DNA from: Podarcis gaigeae
Taxonomy: Eukaryota
Assembly (NCBI GenBank): GCA_964106915.2
Contig: OZ066927.1
DNA length: 64,000 nt
Reading direction: 5' to 3' (one strand)
Below the pieces are notes generated by a model that was not told the DNA's origin, made no database searches, and saw nothing but the letters and a program-made list of their open reading frames with translations. Positions 36,101-47,539 of the stretch are shown one piece after another; the first letter of the stretch is position 1; every line of letters begins with the position of its first letter. The translations under genes were made by a program, and so were the position numbers.

Positions 36101-39100
36101 CTTAAGTCCAGACTGCTTGTTTAGGCATGCTGTATAGAGCAGATTTTTGATGTCTGTCAGCCATTGGCTCTTTGCTAGGGATATAAATGTGATCCTTTTG
36201 GTGTTCCTGCTCCTGAGAACATTGGTGCTCACTCAATAAATCCTCTGTTACTATGAATTACGCACTTTGCTGCCTCTGTATATCTGTTTCCATGAAGCTT
36301 GAACCCCACAAAGCCTCAAAGAGCCTCTGCGTCTATATCTCCAACCTCACATTAAGCCCTTATGCAAATTTCCAACGCTACAAACTTCCTTCTCTCCTCC
36401 CCAGGATAGGGTTCCTTGGCCTTGGCCTGATGGGGAGTGGCATCGTGTCCAACTTACTAAAAATGGGTCACACTGTCACGGTCTGGAACCGGACTGCTGA
36501 AAAGGTGAGTTCATTCTTTGGGAAGTATGAGGCGATATCATACATGGTCTTAGTCACCTAGTCTAAGCTTCTTCATCTGCAGAGAGACTTCATTATGAAG
36601 CTGTGGCGACTTTCAGCTTGGCTGACCTTAAGCCATCATCCCAAATGTGAACAGTGGGGTTTCACTGAGCTTGGAAGTATAGTAATGAGGAGAAGCCATT
36701 TAGACAAAAAGTATGCCTTTCTGTCAGTCACGTCTGAGACATGCATTTCTGAGCTCCACCACTGCTGTGACAAAGTCAGCTTAAATTATCACACCAGAAC
36801 ATAGTAGCCATGGTAACATTTTCCTTCCCTCTGCTTCATGTTCTCTCCTCTCATTTTGTGCTATTTTTGTGGCTAGTAGCAGAAGCTCTGCCTTCTGATC
36901 TCTGGAACAGCTGTGTCCACATCATTCTTGTATCAAGTTTTTGGAGATGGATTTCTTTATTTGAAGCATTGGTTTACCCTGCCCTTCAGCCAAAAAGGCT
37001 CCTGGAATAGCTTGTATATGAGATCAGTGGTATACAAACCAGTCCCTTCAGGCTTGCAACCTAACAGATACAACACAAGAGGGAAGAGGAAGAGAAGCTG
37101 ACTCAGGCATCAGTTCGTAGTGAACACATAATAGCTTTTGAATGGGAAGATTTGAATGAGAGGAGGCCAGTGGCAGCCTGTCTCAGCAGAGTCAATGGAG
37201 TGGACCCTGAAGCCCCTCTGTCCCTCTGCTACAGCCAGCTGGAATGGCTAGTCTATAGATTGCTTGAGCACAGTGGAGTGAGAGACAGTGTGCATGTCTA
37301 ATTCTTAAAAACAGTGATCAAACTCACAATGGTGAACCCCCCCCCCTTATTCTGGGGTAAAAGCAATCAAGAGACTTGGTTTTGGAGCTACCATCTAGCG
37401 GCCTGTGGCAGCAGGGGAATGGCCCAAATGTTCAGTGCTCACACAGAGATGATAAAAGCTAATGCCAGGACCCATACCCAGCTACTGCCACCAGTAGAAA
37501 GTAGCAGGTTGTCTTCTGTCATTCAGGACAGGTGAGGTTTTCTATTCCCCACCAGCCCGCATGGGCTTTGTTTTGGAACTGGGCTCTAGCTGTTGCTACC
37601 TGTTTGGCTATTAGAAGGTAGCCTGCTATCATTGGCCTCTTGAGCTGTGCGCCTGATAAGTTGCTATGGAAGCCCTGGGGTCTTTGGAATGCTCCTTGAA
37701 ATGCGCTGCCTAAAGTAAGAGGATAGCTAACCACTCTAGAAAGCAGAGAAGAGAACCTGACATCACTGAACATGATCTCCACACCCCAGAAAACAAGGTT
37801 CTTCTAAATAGCCTAGCCCTGTTTCATTTTGTTCATGTGAATGTGGTCCAGGATGCAATCCTCTTCAGTTCACCATGGGCACATCAGGGTCCCTGGTAGA
37901 GCAAAGCCAGCTTTGACCTTTATTATTCAATGGTTTCCATTTCTTACATTTGGGTCTGTGACTTTTGCAGTGTGATTTGTTCATCCAGGAGGGGGCAAGG
38001 TTGGGAAGAACCCCCGCTGAAGTGGTCTCCACCTGTGACATCACTTTCGCCTGCGTATCTGATCCAAAGGCAGCCAAGGATGTAAGGATTGTCTCTTTTT
38101 CTTGCACGCTCTCACCTTTCTCTCAGTGCTGTACACAGCGCTGACTTTCCATGACCAAAAACTCTTCCAAAACATACTGACTCCTGATGAATGAATCCCT
38201 CCATTGATTGCAGTCATGAATCTCTGCAGCTCTTTAATTCTAAGCCAGGAAAGTGCAGAAATCATATTCCTCATTGTAATGGATGCCCCAAAGTTTGTCT
38301 GGTACAGTAATTCCCAAACTGCATCAGGGCATGCTAAGTGTACTGCAAGAGAGGCTGAAGTGTGCCTTGAAAAAATTAGTAAACTGGAGGCGTCGTCCAT
38401 TCTGTGTTCCTTATAGCAGTGAGGGCCCGTGCAACATTGATTAACCTTCCTCACTTTTTACTTAGCATATATATAAGGACATGCTAGAATTAGACTATTT
38501 GAATTGTATCAGAATATTCAATTGGAATAAGTGTGTGCTAGGATTCCCTTATGCAATTGCTGATGGAGGCAAGAAAAGGCCAGAAGCATCACTGTTGTCT
38601 TGCCTTGACTGGGAAGGGGGAAACAGGAGGTAGTGGTAGTTTCAAGGAGGAAGCCTGGCTGCTGTTCTGAGAACAGAAATTGTGAGAATTAAGAGTGAAG
38701 TGTGCCTCCCAGTTTTAAATCATGGATGGAAACTGATCAGAGTATCAAAACATGGCTCTAGTATGTAGAACAAGGTTACCCTGTCTTTTCAGCTGTATGT
38801 TGATATTTTCTGCCCAAATGCTTAATCTCCTTCTAAAGGCTTTTCTGTCAAATGACTGGAATAGTTCACAGTAGGTTTGGGCAGAGCTGGTTACTTTTGC
38901 TTTTTGTTTTCTTCATTTTGTGTGGTTGCTGGTGTAGTGTATGTTTATAATTTTCATGATCCTCTTTGAAGGCTGTAGTCTAAAGGCAATATATAAAACA
39001 AATAAAGGACTGTGTGTGCTCTGGGATAGGATAACCACAGTCAGCCACAGAAGCAAATTGTATCACTTCACAGTTTAAAATGTTTTAGATAACTTTATTG

Positions 39101-42100
39101 TGACTTTTCCATAACCGCAGCCAACCCTGTGAGAGGTTGCTATTGTTCCCATTTTACAGCTGAGGAACAGAGGCTGAGAGTGACTTGGATGAGACCATCA
39201 AGAGGTGGAGCTTGAACCTCGGTCTCAAAGGCTGAGGTCATGGAGTTTGATTAGTGTGTGCTTTCCCAGTAGCACACTCCTAAAACCCGAGACTACTAAT
39301 AGAGGGCGGAATAAAGAGGACTGTGCTTGTGCTACACGTTTTGTAGCTCTTATGTGGTTGTAAGAGTAGCCTTGAAAAACTGTTATCTCAGAAAAGCAGC
39401 AGAGAATCCCCAGGCACAGTTAAGTATATTTTTCTATTTATTAAGTGATTTTGCTCCAGGGTCCTACCTAAGCTCATGTTATCCATACAACTCAACCAAT
39501 GCACAATACAAGTAAAATACACAAAAATAATTGTGTGGCTGAGTGTATATGAAGTAGAGTAACACAAAATGTATGATCTACTCCTCCTAATAGGACCTAA
39601 GAAGCTACCATTGTGCCAGGTCAGACCAAGTCCATCTAGCCCCGGAGTTAGGCAACTCTTCATCTGCTACCTTTTTAAAAAAGGATTTTCCCTCCCCATA
39701 TCATTTAAAATGGCCTGTTGTCATAACCAGCACCCAATCCAGAGCCCTACAATGTCAACACATCAATCAAATCTTACCCCTGCTGTTTTATATATATGTA
39801 ACTGCAAGGCTGTGAAGTTAATAGAATGGGAGGTTTCATCCTTGAGTAAGAAGTTGGGCTGCATGAATTTTGGATTCCTTTTGAGTTAATGTTTTATACA
39901 GGTGCTGCAGTATAGCACTGCAGATTTGTGCGCATGCTCGGCTGACCCTGTGAGAAACTAGTCGTATTTCTGTGTGGTCCAGTTCCTCCCCTCTGCCTGG
40001 AACTGCAAATAGTAACACATCCTAATAGAGCTTCAACCAGACATCCCTTATCCAAGATAGAGAGAAAATGTAGCCCAAGGCAGTAATGCCATCATCTTCC
40101 TGATCCTTTGTTAGAGCTTCCTTAAAACTATCCTCTGTCTAAAGTGAATAGCAGCATCCTACAAGGTAAATAATGTTGAGGCCACTCAAGTCATGGGGGC
40201 ACTTTCAGCAAGCCCTTGTGCAGAGATGGTTAGCAGGAGGCCCTTTAGCATTGGCATAGGTGGGTTTCTTTTGCAGACATCCTATTGCTTTGGCGCTCTT
40301 CTATTCCCACAGCTGGTGCTTGGTCCTAGTGGAGTGCTCCAGGGTATACGTCCAGGAAAGTGCTACGTGGACATGTCCACCGTGGATGCAGACACTGTTA
40401 CAGAACTGGCTCAGGTAAGCATTGCAAACTGAGTGCCTGGTAATAGGGTTAGCTCTACTTCAGGATGGTGTTCATTCACTCTTTTTCCGCTACATGCAAA
40501 TTCTGCCTTAAAAGAGCCAGGCAATTTGCAAGCTTACTAAAAATTGAGACCTGTAACCAGGGATTCGGATTTTTGATTCAAATGATTTTTGGAAGTCTGC
40601 CTCACCTCCCTGTACCCTGTTCTTCAATCTAAAGAAATGGTAGCCAGTGTGGTGCCCTCCAGATACTGTTGGAGTCCACAAACAACTGGAGGGCACCAAG
40701 TTGGCTGCCCCTAAATTGATGTGACCTTTCAGTTCCCTCAAAAGTAGCTGCGCTGTCAATAGTCTCCTGCTGACACACTCAACATTAGCCAATATATGGG
40801 GTGTTTTCAACATCAGTGTCACCACAGCAGGTTAACCCAATGGCTAGAAGGAGTTCATGGGTGCTCCTGTCATTAATAGGTGCTTGGGGTTTCCTGTATT
40901 TCCTGATGGTTTTCAAGGCATAGTTTTCCTCTTTGACCTCTTGGTTGGTTCCATATGTGTGTGCCCCATTTAATTGGGACATTTCTTCTCGTTTCTTCCA
41001 GGTGATCGTATCCAGGGGTGGTCGCTTCCTGGAGGCACCAGTTTCAGGGAACCAACAACTCTCTAATGATGGCATGCTGGTGATACTAGCCGCCGGTGAC
41101 AGGGGCTTATATGAAGACTGCAGTAGTTGTTTCCAAGCAATGGGGAAAACCTCTTTTTTTCTAGGTAATATCTTCCATCCCAGAGCTGAAGAGAATCATA
41201 GTAGGCTGATTATAGGCAGAATATAGTTTAAGCCCACTGGATTCAGTTGGCTTTAGTGGGCCTCGATTTGTATAGTAAGGATGGGCATTCTGTGGTCCTC
41301 CACACTGTTGTTCAACTAAAATTCCCAGCAGCTCCAGGCCAGCTGATGGCCAGTAATCAGGAGTTGATCTGGAGGGCACTGTGTTGCCCACCCTTGCTAT
41401 CAGTATCTCCATTCTGAGAGGTGGAATAGGAAGGTGAGTCTCCCCTCAGCATGTTTAGGCAAGAGAACATAAAACTGTGTGGTCAAAAAAATAGTTTTGG
41501 AATCCAGAGTCTGTCTGAAGCAGTGATACAGGCAACCCCTGATTTGCAGAAGGGTTGTGTAAGGAGTCACATGCACAACTGCGGAGCACACATAAGCCCA
41601 CTATGCTCCCACCCCCTGTTATGCCCCCTTTTCTAGCCGCTTCCAGGCTGCTGTCATGCACGCATTCATATTAGGGATTCAGTCCACCCACCCGAAACAG
41701 AAGATGTGGTTGCTTTCACTCGGTGTCTTTCAGAACGGCTTAGATCTCAGTGGGCATGGTGCAGGTTCTTGGTTTTTTCCTTATATAGAGCTGTCAAACA
41801 GTGTGTGCCTCTCTCACAGGGGAAGTGGGCAACGCTGCCAAGATGATGCTCATTGTGAACATGGTCCAAGGAAGCTTCATGGCCACAATAGCAGAAGGAC
41901 TAACTCTGGCTCAAGTGACTGGTCAGTCGCAGCAGACTCTTCTGGATATCCTCAACCAGGGACAGCTCGCCAGCATCTTCTTGGACCAGAAGTGCCAAAG
42001 TAAAGTTCTCTCCCATCTTTTCTTCTTAACCAGAAAGCTGGTTTAAGTGTCACCAAACAGTTGCATAGTGGGGTTCAAAGAGTGGGGGAAAGGATATAAG

Positions 42101-43704
42101 CATTGCTTCTGGGATTCACTATTCCATTAGTGTAGTGTAGGATGGATTTGCTGCAGATTCATACTCCCACATCCAAGCCAAAGATTTTATCCACTGAACA
42201 TTGCAAGCTTGTTGCTACTTCATCTGTCTTCACAGCCAGGCTTTTAAAAATATGGGGTGATACAGGAGGTCCGTGGTTGGGGGAGGGTCACAGTTTAGCA
42301 GTGTTACTGAAAGGAGGGTTAGGAAAGATATCTGCCTTGAAGATCCCTTTTAGAGTAGCAATCTGACTCTACTTGATGTCTTTAAGCAGGATCAGTTTGA
42401 TCCTGGCACTGGTGAAATCTGCAAGGGAAGAGAGAAAGCAAGTCAGCAGCTGGGAAAGTGGAATGTGAAATGTACCTGGGGTTTTGTTTCTTTTCTTTTT
42501 TTCCAGACATCCTGCAAGGAAATTTTAAACCAGATTTCTACCTGAAATACATCCAGAAGGATCTCAGATTAGCCATTGCACTAGGCGATTCTGTTAACCA
42601 CCCAACTCCCATGGCAGCTGCAGCCAATGAGGTATGTGTGCTGCCCAGGTCTCCTCTCTTGCTCCAGTTCCATCTTCAGGAGAGCTCCTGATACCCCTTT
42701 TTGTAAAGGTCAGGGGAGTTGCCACTTTGGTCCTGCATGGCCAAGCCTCTTTGGGTGCCTTGGCCACGCGGCCCCCAGTCTTCCAACTTTGGAGGTATGG
42801 CTCACTGGCAAAGGACTCCCACCCTCCTTCTTAGCTTCAAAGTTTGGAAATAGGCTGGACCACCCACCATGCTCGCCAGGGGGACGCATCACACTTGCTT
42901 AGATAAGTGATGGCTGGGAAAAAGAGGTGGATGGGAAACGGCCATTTTTTTTCACCTATTTTTAATGGGCATGCTTCACATCTGCATGCTTCACATCAAC
43001 CCTGGTCGTTTCTCTTGATAATTCCATACACACACCTTTTTTCAAAAGGCAGCAGGCACTTATAGGGAGGTGATCTTGATGGTGCCCCTTGATTATGACA
43101 CTCTTTCCTTGATTTGCCAAATCCTCTGGGGTTCAGCCATTTTTTTCAAAGCATTGTAAAACATTTTTGTTTGCATTGGCTTCTCATGGTTAAAATTAAA
43201 CCTGTAGAACATTCGTTGTTCAACTCCCATCATCCCTGGCCATGCTTGGCAAGCCTGAAGTCTAACAACATCTGGAAGGCCACAGGTTGCCCATCCTGGT
43301 TTAGAGTTTGGTGATTTAATACTGCTTATGGCTGTTGAAAGTTTATATTTTAATGGAATATTTTGGCTCTTTTACATGACACACTATCGTCTTTCCTGTG
43401 GGGGGAAGCTTTGTTGGGGCTAATTATGGCCAGCAGGCTTTTCCTCATAGTGAGCTACACATAGGTGCTGGCTGTGGCCCCAATTCCCCAACTCACATAG
43501 CGTTCCTTGAAGGGAAGTGTTTATAGATATTGCTGAGGCAGTTCTGTATTCTAGTGGGAAACCAATAGTATTATGAGAATACTTGCTTTCTGAAAGGACT
43601 GCTCTCTTATTGCCTTTCTCTTTCTTCAGGTCTACAAACGAGCAAAAGCATTGGACCAATCTGACAATGACATGTCTGCTGTGTACAGGGCCTACATCCA
43701 CTAG
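6051..43704 (+). CDS. GLYR1: GLYR1/NPAC/NP60 complete spliced CDS, 551 aa: join(6051-6106,17642-17678,19285-19364,25435-25573,26072-26290,29662-29748,33284-33340,34098-34148,34253-34326,36405-36504,37971-38081,40313-40414,41002-41164,41820-41999,42507-42631,43630-43704)
   Basis: 16 exons, all GT-AG, with consistent phases, total 1656 nt. PWWP ([15 protein letters not shown]), AT-hook [20 protein letters not shown], Rossmann [10 protein letters not shown]-terminus VYRAYIH*. Confidence 0.97.
10123..10977 (-). mobile_element. L1/Tx1-clade LINE 3' fragment
   Basis: [19 protein letters not shown]...FWKKV is the ORF2 C-terminal zinc-knuckle; T-run at 10123-10130 is a possible poly(A) tail. Confidence 0.85.
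11751..12532. mobile_element. Non-autonomous Tc1/mariner element (Tc2-like CCGTA termini), 782 bp, GC-rich palindromic interior
   Basis: TIRs CCGTATTTTTCGCCCTATAGGACGCAC and GTGCGTCCTATGGGACGAAAAATACGG (25/27), TA TSD on both sides. Confidence 0.9.
12909..14030. mobile_element. Non-autonomous pogo/Tigger-like element, 1122 bp, GC-rich tandem and palindromic interior
   Basis: TIRs CAGTGGTGCCCCGCAAGACGAA and TTCGTCTTGCGAGGCACCACTG (21/22), TA TSD, repeated subterminal CGCAAGACGAA. Confidence 0.9.
14079..14207. mobile_element. hAT MITE (same family as 60067-60199)
   Basis: CAGTGTTTCTCAAACTTGGG...CCCAAGTTTGAGGAAAAACTG, near-TSD atctaggc/gtctaggt. Confidence 0.8.
15990..16204. mobile_element. 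Tigger-like MITE, 215 bp
   Basis: TA|CAGTGGTACCTCGGGTTA...TAACCTGAGGTACCACTG|TA. Confidence 0.88.
17642..17678 (+). CDS. GLYR1: GLYR1 exon 2 ([16 protein letters not shown] motif)
   Basis: tttttctatag acceptor, AAG|GTGAGT donor, 37 nt. Confidence 0.95.
19285..19364 (+). CDS. GLYR1: GLYR1 exon 3 ([27 protein letters not shown])
   Basis: ctctctcag / gtatgt, 80 nt. Confidence 0.95.
20380..20426. mobile_element. 47-bp Penelope-like fragment
   Basis: ggtagccgtgttggtctgccatagtcaaaacaaaa overlaps the start of the 49512 copy (agtcgaaacaaaa). Confidence 0.6.
21805..21932 (-). mobile_element. L2-type LINE 3' end
   Basis: (AAT)n tail followed by ataccctgcccatttggctggg...ccactctggg. Confidence 0.6.
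21950..22150 (-). mobile_element. MIR/CORE-SINE relic (others near 7320-7440 and 39065-39235)
   Basis: ccctgtaaggtag...attatcccc...gactgag CORE-like sequence. Confidence 0.55.
22950..23192. mobile_element. GC-rich DNA-transposon relic (left boundary uncertain)
   Basis: GC/CpG-rich block in an AT-rich intron, ends AAGCACTG, 13-bp tandem duplication tcctggtataagc. Confidence 0.45.
23875..24345 (+). mobile_element. L2 LINE 3' fragment
   Basis: ttcagggcacaattcaaagtgctggttttgacctataaa encodes [13 protein letters not shown], an L2 ORF2 C-terminal motif; AT-rich tail. Confidence 0.75.
25435..25573 (+). CDS. GLYR1: GLYR1 exon 4 ([12 protein letters not shown]...KGKGKDQ)
   Basis: ttttattag / gtgagt, 139 nt. 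Confidence 0.95.
26072..26290 (+). CDS. GLYR1: GLYR1 exon 5 (low-complexity linker plus AT-hook RKRGRPPK)
   Basis: ctctcag / gtttgt, 219 nt in frame. Confidence 0.92.
27335..27578. mobile_element. Tigger-like MITE, 244 bp
   Basis: TA|CAGTGGAAACTCGAGTTGC...GCAACCTGAGGTATGACTG|TA, CpG-rich interior. Confidence 0.8.
29662..29748 (+). CDS. GLYR1: GLYR1 exon 6 ([29 protein letters not shown])
   Basis: cttcacag / gtgatt, 87 nt; alternative donor 9 nt upstream. Confidence 0.88.
30102..30491. mobile_element. Palindromic MITE (PIF/Harbinger-like)
   Basis: GGGCT...AGCCC termini, repeated AAACCAYRGTTT motifs. Confidence 0.5.
31965..32320 (-). mobile_element. L2 LINE 3' fragment
   Basis: [13 protein letters not shown] motif (L2 ORF2 end) and L2-type 3' tail. 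Confidence 0.75.
33284..33340 (+). CDS. GLYR1: GLYR1 exon 7 ([22 protein letters not shown]2/KDM1B-activating peptide)
   Basis: ttgcag / gtgagc, 57 nt. Confidence 0.95.
33650..33822 (-). mobile_element. Squam3-like tRNA-derived SINE
   Basis: Reverse complement reads gtgggtagagcacttgctttgcatacagaagg...actgagctagatgga...cagtataaggca. Confidence 0.7.
34098..34148 (+). CDS. GLYR1: GLYR1 exon 8 ([17 protein letters not shown])
   Basis: tatgcag / gtatag, 51 nt. Confidence 0.93.
34253..34326 (+). CDS. GLYR1: GLYR1 exon 9 ([25 protein letters not shown])
   Basis: ccccttag / gtaaga, 74 nt; 104-nt intron upstream. Confidence 0.94.
36405..36504 (+). CDS. GLYR1: GLYR1 exon 10 ([36 protein letters not shown](P)-binding loop)
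   Basis: ctccccag / gtgagt, 100 nt, phase 2 start. Confidence 0.96.
37971..38081 (+). CDS. GLYR1: GLYR1 exon 11 ([37 protein letters not shown])
   Basis: ttttgcag / gtaagg, 111 nt. Confidence 0.93.
40313..40414 (+). CDS. GLYR1: GLYR1 exon 12 ([34 protein letters not shown])
   Basis: cccacag / gtaagc, 102 nt. Confidence 0.95.
41002..41164 (+). CDS. GLYR1: GLYR1 exon 13 ([16 protein letters not shown]...KTSFFL-G)
   Basis: ttcttccag / gtaata, 163 nt. Confidence 0.96.
41820..41999 (+). CDS. GLYR1: GLYR1 exon 14 ([21 protein letters not shown]...DQKCQ-N)
   Basis: ctctcacag / gtaaag, 180 nt. Confidence 0.96.
42507..42631 (+). CDS. GLYR1: GLYR1 exon 15 ([23 protein letters not shown]...AAANE)
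   Basis: ttttccag / gtatgt, 125 nt. Confidence 0.96.
43630..43704 (+). CDS. GLYR1: GLYR1 exon 16, coding part ([24 protein letters not shown])
   Basis: tttcttcag acceptor, TAG stop at 43702-43704. Confidence 0.96.
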   Translation, partial: VYKRAKALDQSDNDMSAVYRAYIH

Positions 43705-46700
43705 GCTACCCCATTCTTGTTAATACCATGATTATTAATTATGATGATGATGATGAATACTGGGTTTTAACTCTGGACCAGTCCATCTCTGTCTTTCTGT
43801 CTCTCTCTCTTTTTCTTCCCCCCACCTCTCCTCAATTGTTTTTCCTTTTTTAAAATACAAAAACTCTCCTGGGATCTGCCACAAGGGCAGATTCTACAGC
43901 AAGCCTTCCTGTGCCAGCAGCAGCAAGAGTAGGAGGGAAAGGGCTTGGATCATTACCTTCTTGACAACAAATTACACCACATGCTCAGAGTCACAGAATG
44001 GAATTGGCTGCAGGTCATCTCAGAAACCCTGAGGCGACTCTTGCCAGGAAGTCTGCTGCTTGGCTTCTTCTGGTGTTCACTTTTGTACCAGTGTCCTCAA
44101 GAGGTTGTTTGTTTGTTTTTAACTGCTGTTTCACTTATTTGCTGTGGGTAATGTGTTCATTGTCCTCTCTTATGCACTAGGGACAATTGAAAGAAGGCTA
44201 TCTCACCTGCCTGTGAACCTGGGTGGCTCAATCTCAGGCCCTCTAGATGCTGATGCACTACAGCTTCCACAAGCAAGATCAGTGGCCCAGTCGTGATGGG
44301 AGTTGTCGTTCAGCAACATCTGGAGGGCCAGAGATTTCCCACACCTGGTCTAGACCCTGGGAACCTGGCTCCTCTTTTTTTCCCTAGGAGGGAAGCAGTC
44401 ACAATCAAGAAGGTGACAGGGCTAAAATTAGCATTGTAGTTTCGGATATTCCCCACCTCAGTATCTCAGTGGAATTAGTTACGAGAACCAAAACAGGCTC
44501 CATCCATGGCCCTTCCCATTCAGACAGCTTAGTTTTTAGTGTACACAGGATCCAGCATATGCCTGTGGCACTTGGATATGCCAAATGCATTTAGAACAGC
44601 CTTTGGCTTTCCAAGCATTGTTGAACTCCAAATCCAAGGCACTCTTGGAACAAAGGGATTTTTGTCCCCCAGCATCTGGAGGGCACAGATTCCCCATTGT
44701 TGATTTTAAAAAGACTCCAGTTCCCAAAAGGTTAATCCAGTCTTGAATATTGCTGTAAAACCCTATTGCTTTTTATAATTCAGAAAATGAACTGGTATGT
44801 GTTTTAATGAGCAAAGGTAGAAACTTTGGTGTCCTCCTTTGGTTTTATGTCCTGAGAGCATGCACAGTGTGCACGCACCTGATCTTCTGTGGCTGTTAGT
44901 GTTGGCAAAGTTTATTAGGATTCTTCTCATGTTGCCAGAGAGCCATAGGGCAAGGTAAGAGAAAGTGGCTTCAGGAAGACCCAGGATCTTGACTTCCATG
45001 TTTCCCTTTCTGCAAAAGTGGAGGAGATATGCCTATTTGCTGGCAAGAACTTTAATACAGCCTAATAAACAAGCAGAATGACAGTGACAACAAGCTTTGA
45101 ATTGATATGCTGTCATCTGTTGGTGAAGTTGTGAGCGCTCCAGCAGATTGACAAAGTACCGATACTTTGGAAATAACCTAGTAAAGGGAAGTGGGGAATG
45201 GCTCCTGCTGTTGAGGACATTTACCATGCTGGGTCTCACTGGAAGTCAAGTAGGGTCCCAGAGAATTCAAATAAATCTATTTGAATCAACCAGAGCTGCC
45301 ATTAGGAGAGGGTGAGCTTTTGAGCCCAACAGAACTTGACCACATGCTTCCATGTGGCTGGTGTCAAATGAACAGTCCTGAGTTCTCTCTGGCAGCTCCT
45401 GAACTTTCAAAATGGAATGCAAGGATATACAAAGTGGGTGCCGTACAAATAGCAGAGAAAATGCCCCTATGTCTTAAGTATATCAGCTCAATGTTAGTCT
45501 TGGAAGAGAATCCCGTGTTCACACTTGGAAAGCAGCAGGATGGACACCCCTTGCTGTTCACACATCAGATTTCACATTTTCCATGGGTGTCCTGCAGCTG
45601 TAGAGCCCTAATATGCACAGACCCAGTCTGCACAGTAATCCATACTTACATTTTGTAGTGAATATACTACATGGACCAGGACGTTACCTTGATCAGGACC
45701 TTCACATTTGTAGATCCAGTACAAAAACGAAAGCCACACTCCTCTAGTTGCTTGTTACTTCTGTGGCATTTTAGCAGTTGGCCTGGGAAAGGAAACAGAA
45801 CCAGTTAAGTGTTCCTCTGGAGCAGCCTTCCTCAAACTGATGCCTTCCTGGTGTTTTGCACTACAGCTCCCATCAGCTCCAGCCATCATGATGGGAATTA
45901 GTCAAAATCTTCTGAAGAGTACTAGGTTGAGGAAGCCTACTCTCCCTAGGGTCTTCCATTCCTGTTTGTATGATCTCTGGCCATAGATAGCCATCAGAGA
46001 CTGCTGCTCTGCCCTGTGCTGAAATTTTATCTTGATGAGCGGTGGAAATGAGCACACAACAGTTGTGTTATGGATTCCCTGTTGGATCCTGCTAGGACAG
46101 CTTAGGATCTTGCAGAAAGAGCAGTTTAATTTTGGAGGACATACTTTGCAGTCTTCACATAGCATGATTTATAAATGATAGAAGTAGTTGCAAGGATCTT
46201 AAGGTACTATCCCAAAGAGGTCCAGGGTGTGTGTGGGGGATTTCTTAATCTTGTGATAAAGGCAGTCTTCAGAAAACTTTTAAAAGATGTAAACAGAAAC
46301 AGCAGATTTCAGTACACTTTATTTTGCCTTGGAGCAAAAAATCCAAACTAGGCTGGGTGTGGGAGTAACAGAAAACAGTAACCCCTTGTATTGAAGGCCT
46401 ATCTTGTGGCTTCTTTGGCAAGCAAAATAAAGATCTGCTGGCGGGTGTGGTACTTCCTGCAGGACTCTACAGTTACTGATAAACCAAGAACAGCTGAGAA
46501 CACTCTCAGATAGAAGCCAAGGGTGGGCCGAGCACTCTGCAGTCTCAAATGCCACTTCAGAAGAATAGTCGCCTTCATTTCTTGCATCAAAATGGGAGCG
46601 AGTTGTGGTGCCTTAAAGCTTTTATTGTGGCATAAACTTTCACGGGTCAGAAGTGTGCTATGGCCCACAGGTTTTATGCCACAATATATTTGTGGTGGGG

Positions 46701-47235
46701 TTTTTTTAAGGGGCCGCAAGACTCGCTGTTTCATTCTATTCAGTTTCTCACCTTCAGGAGCCAATTTCTCAAAAATCCTTTTTTTGTGGGTCCCTTCAGA
46801 TTCCAGCTGTTGATGTTGCAGGAGGGGAAGCTTGGATTACAAGACTGTGTGATTGAACTGGCTTGGTCATTGTTGTCTTAATATTGTTGACAATACTGTA
46901 AAGTTACTTTTTAATGGGGATTTCTGTTTTAGCAATTGCTTTTTATTTTGGATCCTTCCTTTTTAAAGAGAAAAAAAAATGTGACACTTGTGGAAAGCTT
47001 GTAAGAAAAAGCAGTTTTCTTTTAATTCCCTCTCCTTCAATGACCGATCTATAGTTAATTAAGGTTGTGAATTTTTTTTAAATTTTTTTGCCTTGTTTTT
47101 AATTAACGTTTGTCATTCAGAATAGGATGTGTGGTGATGATTAAATGGCAAAAACAGAAGAAATGATTTTTTTTCTTGTGCAATTAACAAAGCTACTGGC
47201 AAAAGGAAATAAAACCTTTCTTGGTAACACAATGT
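43705..47235 (+). other. GLYR1: GLYR1 3' UTR, about 3.5 kb to the likely distal poly(A) site
   Basis: AU-rich, repeat-free terminal block 46880-47230 ending with AATAAA and a downstream U/GU-rich tract; a proximal AATAAA also occurs at 45064. Confidence 0.65.
47208..47213 (+). terminator. Polyadenylation signal AATAAA of GLYR1
   Basis: Canonical hexamer, CA dinucleotides about 15-20 nt downstream, then tgttacttgtctgttt. Confidence 0.7.
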
Positions 47236-47539
47236 TACTTGTCTGTTTCTAAACTCTCCCCACCAATATTCTCTTTTCTCTCCCTGCACCAGCCATTAAA
47301 TCAAAAGAAATATGTTAAGCCTAACATTCCCTTTACTTTTGATTCATAGAGCACAATGTTATGTTTTTCCTGTATTGAAACTGAAGATACACTTCACACT
47401 TTTATACACTCAGATCCCACAATTACAGGCAGTTTTTCTTCCTGTCTGCTTGCAAAACAACCCAGTTAAAGTTGTTTCTATTGTCCTACTCTTTTTTTTT
47501 CTCTGTCAGCTCTAGAACTGTGTTTTCTGAATAATTTTA

